Assembly: GCF_000196355.1 (NCBI RefSeq)
Contig: NC_007614.1
Span: 960,001-992,000 of the forward strand
DNA: 32,000 bases
From: Nitrosospira multiformis ATCC 25196
Lineage (GTDB): Bacteria; Pseudomonadota; Gammaproteobacteria; Burkholderiales; Nitrosomonadaceae
Direction of reading: 5' to 3'
In this document: positions 19,758-28,378 of the stretch, piece after piece
Layout: the number at the start of each line of letters is the position of its first letter
How positions within the stretch are numbered: the first letter of the stretch is position 1
Made by a program: the position numbers and the translations under genes
The notes under the pieces: generated by a model
Told to the model about the DNA's origin: nothing
What the model saw: only the letters and a program-made list of their open reading frames with translations
Database searches by the model: none

Positions 19758-21533
19758 CTAATAAGTTCGTGCCTTCGGTGGAAAGGATTCGACCGTCAAG
19801 GGCTTCAGCCGTACCGGCTTGTAATCGAGTCGCCGGTCTTCGCTGAAATACAATGTGTGTTTGAGCCACTTGTCGTCATCACGATGGGGAAAGTCATCCC
19901 GCGCATGGGCCCCCCGGCTTTCCTTGCGGGCTTGGGCCGAAACCATCGTCGCCAGGGCGACTTCCACCAGATTATCGAGTTCCAGCGCTTCTACCCGCGC
20001 AGTATTGAACACCCGGCTTTTATCCCTGATCTCGGTATTTTTGACGCGCTCCGCCACTTCCGAGATTTTATCGACCCCTTGCTTGAGCAAATCTGCAAAA
20101 CGGAATACGCCGCAATGCGCCTGCATGGTCTTGCGCAGCATATCCCCTACCTGCGCCACGTTCTCGCCGTCCTTCCGGGAATCCAGCCGCGCCAGTCGGG
20201 CGAGCGCCTTGTCTGCCGCGTCTCCGGGTAAATGTTTATGATGGGTATTCCTTTTCAAGTCTTCGATGATCTGGTTGCCCGCAGCGCGACCGAATACCAG
20301 TATATCGAGCAGCGAATTGGTTCCCAGCCGATTGGCGCCATGCACGGATACGCACGCGCATTCACCCACGGCATAGAATCCCTGCACCACTTCCTCGGGG
20401 CCCGTTTTGTAGGGCGCTACTACCTGACCATGAAAATTCGTCGGAATTCCTCCCATCATGTAATGCGCGGTGGGGACTACCGGAATGGGCTCCTGGACCG
20501 GGTCTGCGTGAGCAAACTTTATGGCAATTTCACGTATGCCAGGCAGCCGCGCCTTGATAACGTTCCCTCCCAGATGATCCAGCTTTAGCAGCAGATGATC
20601 AGCGTCCCTGCCGCATCCGCGCCCTTCCTTGATTTCCGTCGTCATCGCGCGCGAGACGACATCGCGGCTGGCAAGGTCTTTCGCATGCGGCGCATAGCGC
20701 TCCATGAAACGCTCGCCGTCCTTATTGAGCAGGTAACCGCCTTCCCCACGCACCGCCTCGCTGATAAGGATTCCTACACCATATACTCCCGTCGGGTGAA
20801 ACTGCCAGAATTCCATGTCCTGTAATGGCACCCCCGCGCGCGCCGCCATCGCCAGACCGTCGCCCGTGTTGATGAAAGCATTGGTGCTGGCACTGAATAT
20901 CCGTGCTCCCCCGCCGGTTGCAAACAGTGTCGCTCTTGCCTGCAGGATCATGACTTCGCCGGTTTCGATGTCGAGCGCTGAGACGCCTAACACATCACCA
21001 TGCTCGTCACGAATGAGATCGAGCCCCATCCATTCGACAAAAAACTGGGTATTTGCCCGCACATTGCGCTGATAAAGCGTGTGCAGCATGGCATGGCCAG
21101 TGCGGTCAGCAACGGCGCATGAACGCGTTGCCTGTGCGCCCCCGAAATTCTGCGATTGCCCCCCGAAAGGGCGCTGGTAAATCTTTCCGTTTTCCAGCCG
21201 GTCGAAAGGCATGCCGTAATGTTCGAGCTCATATACCACTTCGCTTGCCTGGCGGCACATGAATTCGATCGCGTCCTGGTCGCCGAGATAATCGGAACCT
21301 TTTACCGTGTCGTACATGTGCCAGTGCCAGTTGTCTTCGGTGACGTTTCCGAGCGCCGCGGCGATGCCGCCTTGGGCGGCAACCGTATGGGAGCGGGTGG
21401 GGAAAACCTTGGACAGTACGGCCACCTTGAGGCCCGCTTCCGACAATTGCAGCGCTGCGCGCATTCCGCCGCCGCCTGCGCCAACGATGACCGCATCGAA
21501 TTTTCGCCGTGCTACTGTCACGCTATCCTTCAC
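19758..21533 (-). CDS. sdhA: Succinate dehydrogenase flavoprotein subunit
   Basis: 591 aa. Motifs include VIVGAGGGGMRAAL (FAD), RSHTVAAQGG (covalent-FAD His), QFHPTG and ESRGAHAR. Confidence 0.95.
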   Translation of the reverse strand: MKDSVTVARRKFDAVIVGAGGGGMRAALQLSEAGLKVAVLSKVFPTRSHTVAAQGGIAAALGNVTEDNWHWHMYDTVKGSDYLGDQDAIEFMCRQASEVVYELEHYGMPFDRLENGKIYQRPFGGQSQNFGGAQATRSCAVADRTGHAMLHTLYQRNVRANTQFFVEWMGLDLIRDEHGDVLGVSALDIETGEVMILQARATLFATGGGARIFSASTNAFINTGDGLAMAARAGVPLQDMEFWQFHPTGVYGVGILISEAVRGEGGYLLNKDGERFMERYAPHAKDLASRDVVSRAMTTEIKEGRGCGRDADHLLLKLDHLGGNVIKARLPGIREIAIKFAHADPVQEPIPVVPTAHYMMGGIPTNFHGQVVAPYKTGPEEVVQGFYAVGECACVSVHGANRLGTNSLLDILVFGRAAGNQIIEDLKRNTHHKHLPGDAADKALARLARLDSRKDGENVAQVGDMLRKTMQAHCGVFRFADLLKQGVDKISEVAERVKNTEIRDKSRVFNTARVEALELDNLVEVALATMVSAQARKESRGAHARDDFPHRDDDKWLKHTLYFSEDRRLDYKPVRLKPLTVESFPPKARTY

Positions 21534-21885
21534 CTATCCAGAGAATTTCCACAGACCAGATGGCATAAGACAGCAGTGACAGTATGACCAGTATTTCCAG
21601 AATGAGGCGGATACCAGCAGGATGAACGTAATCCATCAGTATGTTGCGCATTCCGATCCATGCATGCCAGAACAGGCTCAGAAGAAACAGGAAGGATGCT
21701 ACCCGCATCCACTGGTTATCGAACAGTGTCTTGAAGGACGCGTAGTCCTGCGGGGGGGAAACCAGCAGCACCCCTGCCAGCATCAGGATATAGATGGCCA
21801 TTACCGCGGCGGTGACGCGTTGCGCCAGCCAGTCGCGAAGCCCGTAATGCGCCCCGGTTATCGCCCGCACTGGACGCTTTACCAT
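21523..21885 (-). CDS. sdhD: Succinate dehydrogenase membrane anchor subunit
   Basis: 120 aa. TGAHYGLRDWLAQRVTA.. and three TM helices match SdhD. It overlaps sdhA by 11 nt and sdhC by 7 nt. Confidence 0.85.
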   Translation of the reverse strand: MVKRPVRAITGAHYGLRDWLAQRVTAAVMAIYILMLAGVLLVSPPQDYASFKTLFDNQWMRVASFLFLLSLFWHAWIGMRNILMDYVHPAGIRLILEILVILSLLSYAIWSVEILWIGEG

Positions 21886-22298
21886 ATTACAGCGCCGGTC
21901 AGCAGGGTGAGAACGATTCCCGCTCCCACAACCACTTTGCTGCTTAGCCGTGCCTGTTCAAGTTTTACGCCGTAATGCAGATCCAGCGCAAGATAACGGA
22001 TTCCTGCGCAGAAGTGATGCAGGAAGAACCAGAGCGCCAGTATCAGTCCGAACTTTGCCATAGGATTGTTCAAGAAGGATTGAAGCCGGGCGTAGTCTTC
22101 CGAGGAACCTAGCGCCATATCGAGACCGCAAAGGACGAGAGGAATACCGGGAAAGAACAGCAGCGCTCCACTGATGCGGTGCAGGATCGATATCACTGCG
22201 GGCAGGGGCTGCCGGATTTTCAGGAGATCAAGATATTTGGGGCGCTTTTTTGGCAATTTCGATCCCGCTGTTGTTATTGTTACTCGAAGGGTGATCAC
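21879..22298 (-). CDS. sdhC: Succinate dehydrogenase cytochrome b556 subunit
   Basis: ..KKRPKYLDLLKIRQPLPAVISILHRISG.. is the SdhC signature. The start is uncertain: GTG at 22298 as in the track, or an internal TTG before PKKRP. Confidence 0.82.
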   Translation of the reverse strand: MITLRVTITTAGSKLPKKRPKYLDLLKIRQPLPAVISILHRISGALLFFPGIPLVLCGLDMALGSSEDYARLQSFLNNPMAKFGLILALWFFLHHFCAGIRYLALDLHYGVKLEQARLSSKVVVGAGIVLTLLTGAVIW

Positions 22299-22435
22299 GT
22301 TGAGGTTGCGATTAAGTTTAGACCGTTATTGCAGGGGATACAACCACGCGAGCCATCAAGGAGCATACTGCGCTTTCCGCTTTCCGGCCCGGCGGAAGAT
22401 ACTTCGAATGCTGAACCGGAATTGATAAACTGAAA

Positions 22436-22465
22436 TTGACAACCGATGGGGAATGTTTTTATAGT
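22436..22465 (+). promoter_or_regulatory. Candidate sigma70 promoter for mdh(-prpBC): TTGACA-18 nt-TATAGT
   Basis: TTGACA at 22436-22441 and TATAGT at 22460-22465, on the + strand in the 372-nt divergent sdhC/mdh intergenic region. It would give a ~200-nt leader. This is sequence pattern only. Confidence 0.35.
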
Positions 22466-22670
22466 CCCGGTTTCTTTGCTCCTGTTCAATGTGCTCGATG
22501 CACCTGGAGCAGATTGTAGGGGCCGTTCCCGAAGTATTGTCTGCCAAACTTATCCATCTGAGAGGTGCGATTCACTTTTCCGCTTCTCTGTCTGGTCCGG
22601 TTCGTTACAGCCTGAAGGACGCAATGGAAAATTACTACTCGGTAGTATATCTACAGGAGCATAAGAAAAA

Positions 22671-23654
22671 ATGAAGACTCCCATCCGTGTCGCCGTAACC
22701 GGCGCCGCCGGCCAGATAGCTTACAGTCTCTTGTTTCGTATCGCAGCGGGCGACATGCTTGGCGAGGATCAGCCTGTCATTCTGCAATTGCTGGATATTC
22801 CTCAATCGTTGCCTTCCTTGAAAGGCGTTGTCATGGAACTGGACGACTGTGCCTTTCCATTACTGAGGGACATCACCATTACCGACGACCCCAAAACGGC
22901 TTTTCGCGACATAAATATCGCCATGCTGGTTGGTGCCCGTCCGCGCACCAAGGGTATGGAACGCAAGGATCTGCTGGAAGCAAACGGTACGATATTCCGT
23001 GCGCAGGGGAAGGCGCTCGACGAGGTTGCCGGGCGCGATGTGAAAGTCCTGGTGGTGGGGAATCCCGCCAATACCAATGCCTATATCACGATGAAAAATG
23101 CGCCGAGTCTGAAGCCGACCAGCTTCTCGTCGATGATGCGACTGGACCATAACCGCGCAGTGTTCCAGCTTGCCGTCAAGGTCGGCCAGCCGGTTTCCAG
23201 TGTGAGAAAGATGATCGTATGGGGGAATCACTCCTCAGCCCAATATCCCGATTTGAGCCATGCCGAGGTGGACGGCCATAATGCCGCTGACCTCGTCAAT
23301 GACATGGCATGGATAGAAACCGGTTTCATTCCCGTAATACAGAAGCGCGGCATGGAGGTGATCGAGGCGCGTGGTTCTTCGAGTGCGGCCAGCGCGGCCA
23401 ACGCCGCAATCTGCCACATGCGCGACTGGGTTTCGGGCACTCCCGAAGGTGACTGGGTGTCCATGGGTATTCCTTCGGATGGAAGCTACGGCATCCCGGA
23501 AGGAGTTATCTATGGTTACCCCGTGACCTGTCAGGGCGGTGAATACAAGATCGTGCCCGACCTGGAAATAAGCGAGTTCAGCAGGATGAAGATGCAGGCG
23601 AGCTACCGGGAATTAATGGGAGAGCGCGAGTCGATAAAGCATCTGCTTGGATAA
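22671..23654 (+). CDS. mdh: Malate dehydrogenase (NAD-dependent, ~327-aa class)
   Basis: [19 protein letters not shown] (NAD motif), MRLDHNR (substrate Arg/Asp) and WGNHS (catalytic His). AGGAGCATAAG lies upstream of the ATG. Confidence 0.95.
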   Translation: MKTPIRVAVTGAAGQIAYSLLFRIAAGDMLGEDQPVILQLLDIPQSLPSLKGVVMELDDCAFPLLRDITITDDPKTAFRDINIAMLVGARPRTKGMERKDLLEANGTIFRAQGKALDEVAGRDVKVLVVGNPANTNAYITMKNAPSLKPTSFSSMMRLDHNRAVFQLAVKVGQPVSSVRKMIVWGNHSSAQYPDLSHAEVDGHNAADLVNDMAWIETGFIPVIQKRGMEVIEARGSSSAASAANAAICHMRDWVSGTPEGDWVSMGIPSDGSYGIPEGVIYGYPVTCQGGEYKIVPDLEISEFSRMKMQASYRELMGERESIKHLLG

Positions 23655-23683
23655 GCCGCACTCCCGTCTTCGTTTCTCCTTTC

Positions 23684-24583
23684 ATGCCTGCCTCTGCCGG
23701 TTCCCGTTTTCGCGCAGCGCTTGACGCGGAAATGCCCCTGCAGATCGCAGGCTGCATCAATGCGTATGCCGCTCGCATGGCAGAGCGTATCGGCTTCAGG
23801 GCATTGTATCTCTCGGGTGGAGGGGTGGCTGCGGCATCTCTCGGAGTACCCGATCTTGCCATTTCCACCCTTGAGGATGTGCTGGTCGACGTGCGGCGCA
23901 TTACCGATATCACGGATCTGCCGTTGCTGGTGGACGCGGATACCGGTTTTGGCGGTGTTCTCAATATCGGCCGTACTGTGAAATCATTGATAAAAGCCGG
24001 GGCTGGCGCGCTCCATATCGAAGATCAGGTGCAGGTCAAGCGTTGCGGTCACCTTCCAGGCAAGGCTGTGGTCAGTGAAATGGAAATGATGGAACGGATT
24101 GGCGCTGCGGTGGATGCAAGAATCGATCCCGCTTTCGTCATCATGGCGCGTACGGATGCACTCGCGGTGGAGGGACTGCAAGCCGCCATTGATCGGGCCT
24201 GTGCTTATGTGGAGGCGGGCGCGGACATGATCTTCCCCGAGGCCGTGGCTGACCTGCAAACCTACCGGCGCTTTGCGGCAGCGGTCAAGGTGCCCATCCT
24301 GGCCAACATTACGGAATTCGGCGCAACTCCCCTCTATACAGTCAAGGAGTTGGCCCAGGCAGATGTTTCCCTGGTGCTTTATCCACTTTCCGCATTTCGC
24401 GCCATGAGTGCCGCTGCGTTGAATGTATATCGAACAATACGCGCGGAAGGCTCGCAAAAAAGCGCGCTCCCGAGCATGCAGACCCGTGCCGAGTTGTATG
24501 AATTTCTCGACTACCGTGCCTATGACGAGAAGCTGAATCTTCTGTTCAAGCCCGAAAAACCGGAAGAACCTGAAAATGAATGA
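23684..24583 (+). CDS. prpB: 2-methylisocitrate lyase
   Basis: The N-terminus ..[56 protein letters not shown] is collinear with E. coli PrpB (recalled). It has the KRCGH catalytic loop. It starts 29 nt after mdh with no intervening hairpin. Confidence 0.92.
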   Translation: MPASAGSRFRAALDAEMPLQIAGCINAYAARMAERIGFRALYLSGGGVAAASLGVPDLAISTLEDVLVDVRRITDITDLPLLVDADTGFGGVLNIGRTVKSLIKAGAGALHIEDQVQVKRCGHLPGKAVVSEMEMMERIGAAVDARIDPAFVIMARTDALAVEGLQAAIDRACAYVEAGADMIFPEAVADLQTYRRFAAAVKVPILANITEFGATPLYTVKELAQADVSLVLYPLSAFRAMSAAALNVYRTIRAEGSQKSALPSMQTRAELYEFLDYRAYDEKLNLLFKPEKPEEPENE

Positions 24584-24621
24584 ACCTGAAAATGAATGAA
24601 TCTGACAATGAATAAACCTGA
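24566..24621. repeat. 16-bp tandem repeat, about 3.5 copies, spanning the prpB stop and prpC start
   Basis: GAACCTGAAAATGAAT at 24566-24581 and an identical copy at 24582-24597. GAATCTGACAATGAAT at 24598-24613 has 2 mismatches. A partial AAACCTGA follows at 24614-24621. Each unit carries an ATG and a TGA/TAA. Confidence 0.85.
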
Positions 24622-25771
24622 TGGAAGCACTGTGAGCACTGCGCCGAAGAAAAAATCTGTGGTGTTGTCCGGGGTGCGGGCTGGCAATACGGCCATTTGC
24701 AGCGTGGGGCGTACAGGGAACGATTTGCATTATCGCGGCTATGACATTCTGGATATAGCGGAAAGCAGCGAATTTGAAGAAATTGCCTACCTGCTGGTGT
24801 ACGAAAAGTTGCCCACGGTGGCCGAGCTCGCCGCCTACAAGGAGAAACTGGAAAAGCTGCGCGATCTGCCGGCCAGGGTAAAAACCCTGCTGGAGACGAT
24901 ACCTGCAAGCGCTCATCCCATGGATGTGTTGCGCACAGGAGTTTCCGCGCTGGGTACGGTGCTGCCGGAAGCCGAGATACATACGGTGGAGGGTGCGCGG
25001 GACATCGCAGACCGGCTGCTGGCCTCCATGGGCTCCATGCTGCTGTACTGGTACCACTATTCTCATCACGACCGCCGCATCGGACTGGACTCAGATGACG
25101 ATTCCATTGGCGGACATTTTTTGCACCTCCTGCACGGCAAGCCACCCCCCCAATCCTGGATAAAGGCAATGCATGCCTCCCTGATCCTGTATGCCGAGCA
25201 TGAGTTCAATGCCTCCACCTTTACCGCTCGAGTGATTGCAGGGACGGAATCGGATTTCTACTCCGCCATAACGGGTGCTATCGGCGCGTTGCGCGGCCGC
25301 AAACACGGGGGTGCCAATGAGGTTGCATTTGACATCCAGACACGCTATCGCAGCCCGGATGAGGCCGAGGCGGACATTCGCCGTCGAGTGACGAACAAGG
25401 AGATCATCACCGGTTTCGGCCATCCCGTCTATACCGCTGGCGACCCGCGCAACCGGGTAATTCGCGAAGTGGCAAGGAAGCTGTCGGCCGAGGCAGGAGA
25501 CATGCAGATGTTCAACGTGGCCGAGCGGTTGGAAACGGTGATGTGGAGCATCAAGAAGATGTTCCCCAACCTGGACTGGTACTCTGCCGTGGGTTATCAC
25601 ATGATGGGCATCCCCACGGCCATGTTCACCCCGCTGTTTGCGATTGCCCGCACCAGCGGCTGGGCTGCCCACATCATCGAGCAGCGGATGGACGGAAAGA
25701 TTATTCGCCCTTCGGCGAATTACATCGGACCGGAAGAACGGGAGTTTGAGCCGATTGAGGCGCGCAGATAG
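24596..25771 (+). CDS. prpC: 2-methylcitrate synthase
   Basis: 391 aa, citrate-synthase family: ..[10 protein letters not shown].., [28 protein letters not shown]. It follows prpB. The start may be ATG 24596 or 24608; both lie inside the tandem repeat. Confidence 0.92.
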   Translation: MNLTMNKPDGSTVSTAPKKKSVVLSGVRAGNTAICSVGRTGNDLHYRGYDILDIAESSEFEEIAYLLVYEKLPTVAELAAYKEKLEKLRDLPARVKTLLETIPASAHPMDVLRTGVSALGTVLPEAEIHTVEGARDIADRLLASMGSMLLYWYHYSHHDRRIGLDSDDDSIGGHFLHLLHGKPPPQSWIKAMHASLILYAEHEFNASTFTARVIAGTESDFYSAITGAIGALRGRKHGGANEVAFDIQTRYRSPDEAEADIRRRVTNKEIITGFGHPVYTAGDPRNRVIREVARKLSAEAGDMQMFNVAERLETVMWSIKKMFPNLDWYSAVGYHMMGIPTAMFTPLFAIARTSGWAAHIIEQRMDGKIIRPSANYIGPEEREFEPIEARR

Positions 25772-26246
25772 CTGCTAGGTAAAGCAGATCAGTGAAGATT
25801 TAACTTTATAGATACGCACGACTTCGAAATCCAAAATATTCTTCGCGTAAGTTGCGGTACTATCCAGAGTCGCCTTCAGCAACAACGCTGTGTCAGGTAC
25901 ACCGGATAATCGGGATCATAGTGAATTCGCATCTCCAATACTCCTCAGCCTACGGGTTTACAGTCACTAAAATTTCCCAGCTCAGCACGACGTAATCTGG
26001 TATCGATTCGTACTTTTGCCTGAATATCGTAAGCAGGCAAACCAGTCAACATAGATTTCCGCTTCAATAAGCTGGTTCACTCCCGTCGTGATGACAAGAT
26101 AAATGGGAGGCATCAAAGCTCGATCAGGAAATGAACTATATTGATATTGGTAATGCTTTACCGTGTGGAAGATAGCGGTGGGACGTCTTGTTCTGCCATG
26201 GCTAAAAGTATCGCTGTATGCTCACTGGTCCCCTCAGGAAGCAGAG

Positions 26247-27602
26247 ATGCAACTGAACCCATCATTGATCCCTCATTCGTCAGAGCAGCACGTTGACTGG
26301 GAGAAAGCGCTGCATGGCGGCAACGATGCGCTGCTGACGCAACTTGCAGCCGATGATGATCCCGCTGCTGCTCTTCTGGAACTTGAAAGCTACATCAATG
26401 GGATCTACCGCGGCAGCCCGTCTCCCTTATCCAAACCGCTGCCGGATATCCGCTTGGAGGTGCGACGGGCGCTACCCTATGTGGATGAAATTCGGGATCG
26501 CCTGGGATGGCAGGTGCGGGATTTCGATCTTGGGTTGCTGCGCTTGATTCGTGGCTCGAGCACGTTATCGCCCGTGCTGGGGGCAGGGGTCTCGATGGAT
26601 GCAGGGGCGCCCTCCTGGCCCGAACTGGTGCGTTTGATGCTGGAGGAAACGCTCGACAAGGGTCTGGAGTTCTACGAGTCCGTTCCCGCCGCTGACAATC
26701 CGGCTCAGCCGCCTATCGAGTTTCTTCCCGACGGCACGGTGCGCACGGGCGGAACCGGAACCTGGCGTTTCGAGCAACGCGTCAGCGAAGTGAAGCGCTA
26801 TACGGCTGAGCAGGAACAAACGGCGAGGAACGTCCTTGCAGAGGTCAAGGCCAAAGGTTCTTCAACCGATGTCGAGACGCTCATGCACGGGGCGCAGGTC
26901 TGCTACGATCTTTGCGGCCAGCATCTTTTTCGTCTGCTCACGAAAATCATCTATACACGTGCGAAAGAGCCAAGCGAAGTCCATCGGGTTATTGCCGAAC
27001 TGGCGCAGGCGCAAGAGGTACCCGTGCGCGGCCCTGGTTTGTTTCCCGGATGGGATTCAATTATCACCTACAATATCGATGCACTAATGTCGGAAGCGCT
27101 CGCGGAGCAGAAAATACCGCACGCTGCCTGGGCGATGAAGGGTGACAAGCTGCGGGGCAATCCGGATGAACTCGCTCAGAAGAGTTCATGGCATGAACCT
27201 ATCTTTCATCTTCACGGTTTTTCGCCGCGGCGGCTGTTCATGATCACGAATGTGCGCTTTGTATTTTCCACTTCTCAGTACCTCACGACGTACAAAGGGC
27301 CGCGATCAAGGATATTGGAAGCGGTCTACGACGAATTTCTGGCGAATCCTGTGCGCATTGCGCTTTATATAGGGTGTTCGTTTGCCGATGAAGCGATGAA
27401 CGGCCTCCTGCGTGAGGCCTTCGCGGAATACCCGGGGCGCTATCACTATGCATTGCTGAAATGGCCGCGAGACAGGAAAGGAAAGGAGCCGGACAGGAGC
27501 GAGATCGCCGCCGAGTCCGCAAAATATCTCGAGTTTGGGGTGCGGCCGATTTGGTTCGATGATTTCGCCGAATTACCCGGGTTGATCCGGCAGCTGCAAT
27601 GA
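26247..27602 (+). CDS. SIR2_2-type (defence-style SIR2-like) domain protein, 451 aa, no recognisable partner
   Basis: ATG at 26247 with AGGAAG 5-6 nt upstream; the track ORF starts at GTG 26163 without an RBS. Four ordered blocks are present: LGAGVSMDAGAPSWPEL, ITYNID, IFHLHGF and LYIGCSFADE. These match the blocks I recall for Pfam SIR2_2 (G-A-G-x-S...P-x-W NAD loop, catalytic Asn, catalytic His). No zinc-ribbon Cys pairs are present. Confidence 0.72.
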   Translation: MQLNPSLIPHSSEQHVDWEKALHGGNDALLTQLAADDDPAAALLELESYINGIYRGSPSPLSKPLPDIRLEVRRALPYVDEIRDRLGWQVRDFDLGLLRLIRGSSTLSPVLGAGVSMDAGAPSWPELVRLMLEETLDKGLEFYESVPAADNPAQPPIEFLPDGTVRTGGTGTWRFEQRVSEVKRYTAEQEQTARNVLAEVKAKGSSTDVETLMHGAQVCYDLCGQHLFRLLTKIIYTRAKEPSEVHRVIAELAQAQEVPVRGPGLFPGWDSIITYNIDALMSEALAEQKIPHAAWAMKGDKLRGNPDELAQKSSWHEPIFHLHGFSPRRLFMITNVRFVFSTSQYLTTYKGPRSRILEAVYDEFLANPVRIALYIGCSFADEAMNGLLREAFAEYPGRYHYALLKWPRDRKGKEPDRSEIAAESAKYLEFGVRPIWFDDFAELPGLIRQLQ

Positions 27603-27709
27603 CGTGCACCGCGATTTGCGATAACTATGCTGGAATCATTGGGGTCCTTTCTATTAATAGGCGCCTCTGAATATCGATCAGTCCTCGGATTTTCCGGCTT
27701 TCTGAGAAA

Positions 27710-28378
27710 TTAACCCCCGGAAGGTTGAATGCCTCTCAGTATCTTGCCTGGCGGTGGTGGGGGAGGAACGCCGGGCGGTGGGGGAGGAATGCTCACTGTT
27801 CCCCGTGGCGCGGGCGGCGGAGGTGGATAGGAAGAGGAAGAAGGCGGATAAGAAGGGGAGGTGTAACGACCTCCTGGATAGGTGTTCGTGACCTGGCCGT
27901 ATACCGGTACCTGGTGTCCCTTGGCGTACATGCACTGCACGTAGGCGGCGTCATAACGCTCCTGGGAAATCGAACCCGAGGCTCCCGCGGTACCGATGCC
28001 AGCCAGGCTTCCTGCCAACGCGCCGGTACCGGCTCCAATCGCTGCGCCGTGTCCACCTCCCAAGGCAGCGCCAGCCGCAGCCCCTACTCCAGCCCCTACG
28101 GCGGCGCTTCCCACCCCGCTGGATACCGAAGCGCGGCTCGGCGTATTCCCTCCCACCTGATCATGGGCAAACTGCCGGCAGAGGTAGTCGTCGTAGCGGA
28201 ACTCGTCGAAGCTTCTTCCTGTGCCCGGCAGTGCCATCATGCTCGGACCCGTTGGCATACTGACGCATGCAGTGAGCGAAGTCAGCGCGAGTAGCGGGAG
28301 GAATAACTTCGTCCAGCGCGCTTTATCCGAGCCCGGGGATTTCCTGAATATGGATTGGATCATGATGATTTGGCTCAT
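27710..28378 (-). CDS. Glycine-zipper lipoprotein with a C-terminal polyproline tail
   Basis: ATG at 28378 overlaps the upstream gene's TGA (ATGA). It has a signal peptide with lipobox LTSLTAC and a Gly-zipper (GVGSAAVGAGVGAAAGAALGGGHGAAIGAGTGALAGSLAGIGTAGASG). A conserved-looking ERYDAAYVQCMYAKGHQVP block follows, then ..PPSSSSYPPPPPAPRGTVSIPPPPPGVPPPPPPG. The upstream 139 codons of the track ORF are Arg-rich and overlap the neighbouring gene in another frame. Confidence 0.65.
   Translation of the reverse strand: MSQIIMIQSIFRKSPGSDKARWTKLFLPLLALTSLTACVSMPTGPSMMALPGTGRSFDEFRYDDYLCRQFAHDQVGGNTPSRASVSSGVGSAAVGAGVGAAAGAALGGGHGAAIGAGTGALAGSLAGIGTAGASGSISQERYDAAYVQCMYAKGHQVPVYGQVTNTYPGGRYTSPSYPPSSSSYPPPPPAPRGTVSIPPPPPGVPPPPPPGKILRGIQPSGG

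Noticed and set aside
23984-25069. 361-aa minus-strand ORF antisense to prpB/prpC (and 24546..25169)
   Set aside because: It spans the prpB-prpC junction on the opposite strand and has no recognisable motifs. It is a shadow ORF.
25772-25787. Small hairpin CTGCT-AGGTAA-AGCAG right after the prpC stop as a terminator
   Set aside because: It has only a 5-bp stem and no following U-tract, which is not convincing.
26163-26246. GTG-initiated 28-codon extension of the SIR2-like ORF
   Set aside because: No RBS precedes the GTG at 26163. The ATG at 26247 has AGGAAG at optimal spacing. The extension is hydrophobic but is not a convincing signal peptide.
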